This document shows, piece by piece, positions 57,155 to 64,000 of a stretch of DNA of 64,000 bases (its first letter is position 1; each line of letters starts with the position of its first letter). The stretch is taken from IMG/VR virus record IMGVR_UViG_3300002835_004837. One strand, given 5' to 3'. A program made the translations under genes and the position numbers. The DNA is from an uncultured virus (IMG/VR IMGVR_UViG_3300002835_004837). Taxonomy: Duplodnaviria; Heunggongvirae; Uroviricota; Caudoviricetes. The notes under the pieces are model-generated. The model did not search any database. It was given only the letters and a program-made list of their open reading frames with translations, and was not told the DNA's origin.

Positions 57155-60100
57155 TTATTTAACAGTATTTAGCATATCAACAATACGCTTTAGATTGTCT
57201 ATCTCGGTTTGCTGCTCCTTGATTGCTTCGATCAATAGAGGAACAAGTTTTTCATATTTAACTGTTAGATAGTTTTTGCCTGTTCTAGAAATCTTATTAC
57301 CATTTTCATCTGAGTCGCAATCAAAAGGTGCAATGTCAACAGCATCAGACATTACTTTTTCGACTTCCTGAGCCTTTAGTCCGTGTTCATGTTCTCTATA
57401 TGGAGCAAAGCCTAAAGACTTACACTTTTCTACTCTCCAATCGAAAGTATAACCAGAAATGCGCTTGATCTTATCAATAGCATTTGCGATAGGACTAAAG
57501 TTTTCTTTTAGTCTTTCGTCAGAAGCATAAGCGGTAATGTTTGCTCTACATGACAAATCGCCTGTTCTGGCGTTTAGCCACATAGCATTTTCCCATTGTG
57601 GAACAGTCTGACCAGAAACCGATGGACCAAAACCAATACCGAACCAAGAAGTAATCTTCAAGTTTGAAGTGGTAGAGGCGACACTATCACTAGTTGTACC
57701 AAAGATATAAGCACTTCCTTGTGCGCTGAAATTGACACCGGCTGTAGTAGAACCTGTAGTATTGCTTGAGTTTGGAACTGTTACGCTACCTGTGAAGTTA
57801 CCTGACCCAGAAACATCAAGTCTATGAGTTGCCCCAGGAAGTGTAGTGTCTGACTCACCATAACCTAGTCGAACGCTATGAGCAACTGTCAACTTACCGT
57901 CGGTTGAAAGGGCCATAGCACCCTGAGCGGCTGTATGCGCAGCGTCGCCCCACCAAAATCCTCTAGTAGCAGAATCATTCATTTGGAATGTCATAGCATA
58001 TTCGTTTTCGATCGGTCCGAAAGTAAATCCATTGGTCATGCCAATCGTATAATTACTATCACTCCAAACTCTAATTTTATCTCTACTGGTTGATGCTGGA
58101 CCAGTAAGAACTGTATATGTTAGAGGTCCGCTGAAAGCTGTTGCTGATACTGTACCATTAAAGGTATGTGTGCCACCTGGTGCTCCTAGTGTTAATCTAT
58201 AAGTATTAACACCATCAGACCAACCACCAATTCTGAATATGTTGTCTATATCAAGACCAAGGTTGATAGCGTAGGCACCAGTTCTATGAAATGACATGAC
58301 GGCGCTAACGAATTGTGTGCCTCTAACAGAAAATGAACCTGTATCATTAGAAACTGAGGTATTTGATGTATTGGCCGCCGCAGCATTGGTTCTTCCGGTA
58401 ATCAATCCGGTCATTGTTCCGCCAGCTAATGGAAGAGCATCTGTAATACCATAACCAGATAATGTAGTTGGTTTGCCTGTAACACCTGACCAAGGAATGG
58501 TACAGTTTGTTAGTGTGCCAGATGATGGAGTACCAAGTGCAGGAGTTGTTAGTGTGGGGCTGGTTGATAAAACAACGCTACCTGATCCTGTGCTGGTTGT
58601 AGTACCCGTACCGCCGTTGGCAACAGCTAGAGTGCCAGAAACATGGGTCGTTAGACCAATCTTACCCCATGCAGGTGCTACGCCTACACCGCCTGAGATA
58701 AGAGCGTTACCTGTAGCAACATCGGCAAGTCTTGTCAATGCTGTAGTTGTTGAAGCATACAGAATATCACCAACGGCATATGATGCGTTTCCTGTACCGC
58801 CATTAGCCGCAGCAAGCGTTCCCGTAACACCTGTAGTTAGTGGTAAACCGGTACAGTTTGTTAGTGTGCCAGATGCTGGTGTTCCGAGAGCAGCATTGGC
58901 AGTTAGAACTCGTTTCCAAGCACCGTAAGTTGATAGTGCTGATCCGCTACCTCTAATCCATAGATTATCGTTATCAGTGAAACCAAGTTGTCTTGTACCA
59001 CCACCAGATGCGTCAGCGTATTGCTGGAATGTCATAACACCATGGTAGGTGCCGCCATCATTTAGACCGTCGGTGGTATTTGTTTTAAAGTCAAATTGAA
59101 CACGGGCCGCACCAAGGCTAGGTCCATCTACGGTGGCTCTTGTATCACGAGAAGTTATATAAAAGGCAGAGCCGGTAGTGTTCTGATTTAGAGTTGGAAA
59201 GGTACAGTTTGTTAAGTTTCCGCTTGATGGTGTTCCAAGTGCAGGAGTTGTTAGTGTGGGGCTGGTTGATAAAACAACGCTACCTGATCCTGTGCTGGTT
59301 GTAGTACCTGTACCGCCGTTGGCAACAGCTAGAGTGCCAGAAATATGAGTTGTTAGACCAATCTTACCCCAAGCTGGAGCAACACCAACACCACCAGAGA
59401 TAAGAGCGTTACCGGTAGCAACATCGGCAAGTCTCGACAATGCAGTAGTTGTTGAAGCAAAAAGAAGATCGCCAACGGCATATACTGTTTGACCGGTACC
59501 GCCATTAGCCGCAGCAAGCGTTCCCGTAACACCTGTAGTTAGTGGTAAACCGGTACAGTTTGTTAGTGTGCCAGAAGATGGTGTGCCTAGAGCGCCACCA
59601 TCTAGTAATACTCTACTCCATGCATTGCTACCCGAAGCATTGGTCGATCTATAATATAGACTATTTGAATAGAAGTCTGCCGCAAGTTGCATAGAATAAT
59701 AATTTGAACCATTACTATGCGTTGAGGCAATCAAATGATACCAAGATGAAGTTGTTACTGGCCAACCGTTAGCTGTTGTGGCATATGATGTTTGCCAGAA
59801 ACCAGAATTAATACGTGATGCAATACTTTGATTAGGAGCATCAGCACTTGACTGGGCGGCATTTAAAAATGTTGCAAAACCTGTAGTATTCTGATTTAGA
59901 GTTGGGAAGGTACAGTTTGTTAGTGTGCCAGATGATGGTGTTCCAAGGGCACCACCATTGGTGACGAATGCACCAGCAGAACCAACGGCTGTTGCAAGTG
60001 CAGTAGCAACACCTGTGCCAAGACCAGAAACACCAGATGAAATCGGAATAGATGCTGTAACACCAGATGCCGAGGTAATTCGACCATAAGCATCAACGGT

Positions 60101-63100
60101 GAATGATGGAATGGTTGCAGCGCCGCCATATGTGGTTGCTGTAACACCAGATGTGGCTAAATCTATGAATACTAATTCATTGCTTGATGCATCAACTGTT
60201 GTATTAGCCCAAATTCTTGATGTGCTATTACTTGATACAGAAGCAACTTTGGTATTTGACCAAGCATTAGATGAAGCGCCTACTCCTGTGACACCAATTT
60301 CAGTCAATGACCAAGAAACATCGGCGCCACCGTTAAATGTCTTACCAGTTGAACCAATAGTTAGTGTTCTAGCTGTAGTTAGAGTTGCAGCAGAACCGGT
60401 GGTGCTTTGATTGAATGTTGGCCAAGTAAATGTTCCAGTTGAGAAGTTACCGCTTGCGGGTGTGCCGAGAGCACCGCCGTTTGTTACGAATGAACCCGCA
60501 GTTCCTACAGCAACAGCAAGAGCAGTTGCAACACCGGTACCTAGACCAGACACACCGGTAGAAATAGGAATAGATGCAGTAACATTAGAAGATGAAGTTA
60601 TGCGACCATAAGCATCTACTGTATATGAAGGTATAGTTGCAACACCACCGTATGTGGTTGCTGTAACACCAGATGTTGCTAGATCAATAAACACCAATTC
60701 GTTGCTTGAGGCATCGGTAGTTGTATTGGCCCAAACTCTTGAAGTGCTGTTGCTTGAAACTACGGCAACTTTAGTATTAACATATGGATAAACTGTAGAA
60801 GCAAAGTTCTGAGAGTCGAGTGACTTACCAGCAATGACCGTAGATTCGACTGTATCAAATGCGGTAACAAGTGAAATCTGCCAATCTTCTCTCCATGCAG
60901 CCGCAGTTCCACCACTAAAACCTGCTTCGACTTCTGTAATGTAAACTTTTGGATAAGCCCAAGCTGTTGATGTCTCACCAATCCAGATACAGTCCGACGT
61001 AGCGTCTTGTCCGAAACGAACATTTAGTTCTGGTCCTGACTGAGTTTCTTGTGTAACAAATGTATTATACCATCCACCAACAACACTATAGTTATAACCA
61101 CCAAATTGTAATGTTGTTGATGTTCCTGTTACATAGTTGAAAATTTTTACAGTAACACGCAACATTGTGTTATTGTTATTTGCAGCGACAGGCATTTTAA
61201 TTTTAATAGCACCAGTAGCAGTCGCAGCGTTGTTCGAGAATGCACCACCGCCAGGGTTAGTTATTCTAACAGTACCAGCTACACCGTCATCATACACACC
61301 ACGAGTAGTCGAAACATATCCAAGAACACCAATGTTACCTGCTAGAACGACATTATTGTTTGATAGTTTGGTATTTGACCAAGCATTAGCAGATGCACCA
61401 ACAGTAATGGTGTAGTTGTTGCCAGCAGCACCAACGGCTACTGTGTATGAATTTCCTGATGTTCCAACTGTATTGGACCATGTATTGGATCTTGCTCCGA
61501 TTGTATTTGCCCAAGCGTTGGCAGATGTTCCGACAGTATTCGACCAAGCATTAGCAGATGCACCAACGGATAATGTATAGGAGTTGCCTGATGTACCAAC
61601 TGAATTGGACCAAGCATTGGATGCCGCTCCAACTGATACTGTATAATTATTACCTGATGTACCAACTGTGTTTGCCCATCCATTGGCACCGACAGCATTG
61701 TTCCGAATAGTTATGATAGCATTAGCACCACCAAGGATCAGGTTGCTTGTTCTGATATCAGAGTTCAGAACGGCATTGACCATATTGTTTGCATACGGAA
61801 CAATATCGTTTACTAATGATGGTTCTCCAGACAATCCACTGAATAGGAAATATTCTTTGGAAGCATGGTCTCTATACAATCCAGTATGAACATTAGATGT
61901 TCCGTTGCTATAGTGTCCAACAAAACCAATATCAACAATATCAGAAATGTTATTTGTTGCTAGAAAAATTAGAGAATCTTCAACAGAAAGACTATCTGTT
62001 GTGATAGTTGTTGCATTACCAGATATTATTAGATTGCCTGTAACTTGTAAGTCACCGGTAATTGTGCCACCAGATTTCTTAAAGTAGGTTGAATCTGAAT
62101 ATATGTTTACTGAATTGGCCCAAGCATTGCTTGATGCACCAACAGTAATGGTGTAGTTGTTACCAGCAGTACCGACAGAAATGGTATAGTTATTACCTGA
62201 GGTGCCGACTGTATTAGCCCAAGTATTTGATCTTGCGCCAATTGTGTTGGCCCATGCATTTGCGGCTGCACCAACTGCTACTGTATATGAGTTACCGGCT
62301 GCACCAACTGCTACTGTATATGAGTTACCGGCTGTACCAACAGTATTTGACCAAGCGTTTGTTACTGCTCCTACGGATACAGTATAAGCATTACCGGCTG
62401 TACCAACTGCTACTGTATATGAGTTACCTGAGGTACCAACAATGTTAGCCCAAGCATTTGAACTTGCACTGATTGTATTGGCCCAAGCATTAGCTGCCGC
62501 ACCAGTTGCAATAGTATAGTTGTTGCCGGCTGCATTAACAGCAAGCATGTATGTATTACCTGACGAACCTACCGTATTAGCCCAAGCATTACTTGAAGCT
62601 CCGACTGCTACTGTATAAGCATTACCTGATGCATTAACGGCAAGCATATATGTATTACCGGATGAACCTACTGTTGTGGCGACTGATAATGCATAAGCAT
62701 TTGCGGCTGCTCCAACTGCTACAGTGTATGAGTTACCTGAGGCTCCAACTGCTACTGTGTAAGCATTACCGGCTGCACCAACTGCAACAGTATAAGCATT
62801 ACCTGCGGCATTAACGGCAAGCATGTAAGTATTACCTGACGAACCTACTGTATTAGCCCAAGCATTTGAACTTGCACTGATTGTATTGGCCCATGCATTT
62901 GATGATGCACCAACGGCTGTTGAATAAGCATTACCGGCTGTACCAACTGCTACAGTATAAGCATTACCGGCTGATCCGATTACAACTGAGTAAGCATTAC
63001 CAGCAGCACCAACAGAAATGGTATAGTTATTACCGGCGGCCCCGACTGTATTAGCCCATGTGTTTCCTGCTGTTCCAACTGCTACAGTATAAGAGTTACC

Positions 63101-63991
63101 TGATGATCCAACCGATGTAGCTGTTGATAAAGCATAAGCGTTACCGGCTTGTCCGACTTGTGTAGCTGTTGATAAAGCATAAGCGTTACCGGCTTGTCCG
63201 ACTTGTGTAGCTACTGATAATGCATAAGCATTGGCAGATGATCCAACTGTATTGGACCATGTATATGATCTTGCGCCGATTGTGTTAGCCCAGTTATTAC
63301 CTGCAACACCAACAGCAACAGTATATGCATTACCAGCAGCACCAACGGCATCGGTGTAATTATTACCTGCAACACCAACAGCAATCGTATAGTTATTACC
63401 GGCTGCGGCAACTGTAATGACATAAGCATTAGCACCAGCACCCGTATCTGTAATTCTATTATTTGCTAATTCAAAAAGATATCCGGAGTAAGCATTAGCG
63501 CCTATTCCTGTATCATACGCCAGAACATTTGCAGCATTCGCTTTATCGAATGCAGCATTGGCATTATCATAGGCGGCCGCCACATAGAGAACATCATTTG
63601 AAAGATTAGCACGATCAAATGCTGCTTGTGTTAAAGTAAGAGTGGTGTTAGTGCTATCAAATGCTGCCGAAGCAAGATCAATAGCAGGTGTCAGATTTGC
63701 AGAGATTGTAATTGCATCTGTGAGTGCCGAACTAGTAATCTCAATATTCTGTCCTTGATTAAAGGTAAGAATATCATTTGGGATATCTGCAATTACCAGT
63801 GTGCCGGCTGCATTGATGGTTCCGAAGTTGAAACCACCTTCACCACCAGAGATAGACTGAATGTTGCCGTTAATGTCCTTATAGTAAATAAGACCATCGG
63901 CATAGTTAATAGCAATTTCACCATTAGCTAGATCAGCCGGTGAAGATCCTGGAATAGATGATTTCTTTAGAGCAATTACTGTGTTGGTCAT
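57155..63991 (-). CDS. Long tail fibre with knob domains and C-terminal S74 chaperone
   Basis: N-terminal LANGEIAINYADG anchor, 11-aa repeats, knob-like modules, SDERLKEN...YEKLVPLLIEAIKE. Confidence 0.9.
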   Translation of the reverse strand: MTNTVIALKKSSIPGSSPADLANGEIAINYADGLIYYKDINGNIQSISGGEGGFNFGTINAAGTLVIADIPNDILTFNQGQNIEITSSALTDAITISANLTPAIDLASAAFDSTNTTLTLTQAAFDRANLSNDVLYVAAAYDNANAAFDKANAANVLAYDTGIGANAYSGYLFELANNRITDTGAGANAYVITVAAAGNNYTIAVGVAGNNYTDAVGAAGNAYTVAVGVAGNNWANTIGARSYTWSNTVGSSANAYALSVATQVGQAGNAYALSTATQVGQAGNAYALSTATSVGSSGNSYTVAVGTAGNTWANTVGAAGNNYTISVGAAGNAYSVVIGSAGNAYTVAVGTAGNAYSTAVGASSNAWANTISASSNAWANTVGSSGNTYMLAVNAAGNAYTVAVGAAGNAYTVAVGASGNSYTVAVGAAANAYALSVATTVGSSGNTYMLAVNASGNAYTVAVGASSNAWANTVGSSGNTYMLAVNAAGNNYTIATGAAANAWANTISASSNAWANIVGTSGNSYTVAVGTAGNAYTVSVGAVTNAWSNTVGTAGNSYTVAVGAAGNSYTVAVGAAANAWANTIGARSNTWANTVGTSGNNYTISVGTAGNNYTITVGASSNAWANSVNIYSDSTYFKKSGGTITGDLQVTGNLIISGNATTITTDSLSVEDSLIFLATNNISDIVDIGFVGHYSNGTSNVHTGLYRDHASKEYFLFSGLSGEPSLVNDIVPYANNMVNAVLNSDIRTSNLILGGANAIITIRNNAVGANGWANTVGTSGNNYTVSVGAASNAWSNSVGTSGNSYTLSVGASANAWSNTVGTSANAWANTIGARSNTWSNTVGTSGNSYTVAVGAAGNNYTITVGASANAWSNTKLSNNNVVLAGNIGVLGYVSTTRGVYDDGVAGTVRITNPGGGAFSNNAATATGAIKIKMPVAANNNNTMLRVTVKIFNYVTGTSTTLQFGGYNYSVVGGWYNTFVTQETQSGPELNVRFGQDATSDCIWIGETSTAWAYPKVYITEVEAGFSGGTAAAWREDWQISLVTAFDTVESTVIAGKSLDSQNFASTVYPYVNTKVAVVSSNSTSRVWANTTTDASSNELVFIDLATSGVTATTYGGVATIPSYTVDAYGRITSSSNVTASIPISTGVSGLGTGVATALAVAVGTAGSFVTNGGALGTPASGNFSTGTFTWPTFNQSTTGSAATLTTARTLTIGSTGKTFNGGADVSWSLTEIGVTGVGASSNAWSNTKVASVSSNSTSRIWANTTVDASSNELVFIDLATSGVTATTYGGAATIPSFTVDAYGRITSASGVTASIPISSGVSGLGTGVATALATAVGSAGAFVTNGGALGTPSSGTLTNCTFPTLNQNTTGFATFLNAAQSSADAPNQSIASRINSGFWQTSYATTANGWPVTTSSWYHLIASTHSNGSNYYSMQLAADFYSNSLYYRSTNASGSNAWSRVLLDGGALGTPSSGTLTNCTGLPLTTGVTGTLAAANGGTGQTVYAVGDLLFASTTTALSRLADVATGNALISGGVGVAPAWGKIGLTTHISGTLAVANGGTGTTTSTGSGSVVLSTSPTLTTPALGTPSSGNLTNCTFPTLNQNTTGSAFYITSRDTRATVDGPSLGAARVQFDFKTNTTDGLNDGGTYHGVMTFQQYADASGGGTRQLGFTDNDNLWIRGSGSALSTYGAWKRVLTANAALGTPASGTLTNCTGLPLTTGVTGTLAAANGGTGNASYAVGDILYASTTTALTRLADVATGNALISGGVGVAPAWGKIGLTTHVSGTLAVANGGTGTTTSTGSGSVVLSTSPTLTTPALGTPSSGTLTNCTIPWSGVTGKPTTLSGYGITDALPLAGGTMTGLITGRTNAAAANTSNTSVSNDTGSFSVRGTQFVSAVMSFHRTGAYAINLGLDIDNIFRIGGWSDGVNTYRLTLGAPGGTHTFNGTVSATAFSGPLTYTVLTGPASTSRDKIRVWSDSNYTIGMTNGFTFGPIENEYAMTFQMNDSATRGFWWGDAAHTAAQGAMALSTDGKLTVAHSVRLGYGESDTTLPGATHRLDVSGSGNFTGSVTVPNSSNTTGSTTAGVNFSAQGSAYIFGTTSDSVASTTSNLKITSWFGIGFGPSVSGQTVPQWENAMWLNARTGDLSCRANITAYASDERLKENFSPIANAIDKIKRISGYTFDWRVEKCKSLGFAPYREHEHGLKAQEVEKVMSDAVDIAPFDCDSDENGNKISRTGKNYLTVKYEKLVPLLIEAIKEQQTEIDNLKRIVDMLNTVK
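58500..59593. repeat. ~390-bp direct repeat pair (about 58500-58891 and 59202-59593; offset 702)
   Basis: Long identical tracts such as GCAGGAGTTGTTAGTGTGGGGCTGGTTGATAAAACAACGCTACCTGATCCTGTGCTGG in both copies. Confidence 0.9.
59943..60778. repeat. ~315-bp diverged direct repeat pair (about 59943-60256 and 60465-60778; offset 522)
   Basis: Both copies encode NTKVA..SSNSTSR.WANTT.DASSNELVFIDLATSGVTATTYGG...GGALGTP. Confidence 0.85.
61370..63430. repeat. 33-bp (11-aa) degenerate tandem repeats in the fibre shaft
   Basis: Units like VAVGAAGNAYT / NTVGSSANAWA, interrupted by one globular segment at about 61700-62100. Confidence 0.85.
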
Positions 63992-64000
63992 TAAAAGTCG

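Noticed and set aside
58500..59593. Diversity-generating retroelement TR/VR pair
   Set aside because: Both copies are in frame inside one ORF, the differences look mostly synonymous and not adenine-specific, and no reverse transcriptase is in the window
61370..63430. CRISPR array
   Set aside because: These are degenerate 33-bp coding repeats without unique spacers
1..64000. tRNA genes or stop-codon reassignment
   Set aside because: No cloverleaf seen in the short intergenic gaps (by eye only), and core genes are full length in the standard code

Overview
A 64 kb segment of a T4-like (Tevenvirinae/Kyanoviridae-type) myophage genome, with essentially all genes on the minus strand. From right to left in transcription order it contains: a 2278-aa long tail fibre; neck genes gp13/14/15; two extra fibre genes; terminase gp16/17; gp18 sheath, gp19 tube and gp20 portal; head-core proteins; gp21/22/23; gp3; uvsY/uvsW; gp55; gp47, an inserted FtsH and gp46; a three-gene PLP-enzyme / beta-glucosyltransferase-like / amino-methyltransferase cassette; the CobT/CobS-like VWA-AAA pair; dNMP kinase; gp45/44/62; regA; dUTPase; a PAAR protein; Hsp20; a ~10.7 kb nucleotide-sugar/glycosyltransferase/methyltransferase operon; and an acyl-CoA dehydrogenase running off the left edge. 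The FtsH, acyl-CoA dehydrogenase, Hsp20 and GapR/DsbA-like genes look alphaproteobacterial, which suggests the host (inference). There are three main leads. (1) A late-promoter-headed glycan operon occurs together with strong small-residue-Asn (AN/SN/GN) enrichment in exterior virion proteins, a candidate virion glycosylation system. (2) The PLP/BGT/MTase cassette is a candidate DNA hypermodification pathway. (3) There are several structured non-coding elements: a ROSE-like RNA thermometer on hsp20, an interlocked double-stem element, and a lone antisense promoter followed by GNA/GNNA ssDNA hairpins that may be an origin. All calls come from manual motif recognition; no database searches were run.
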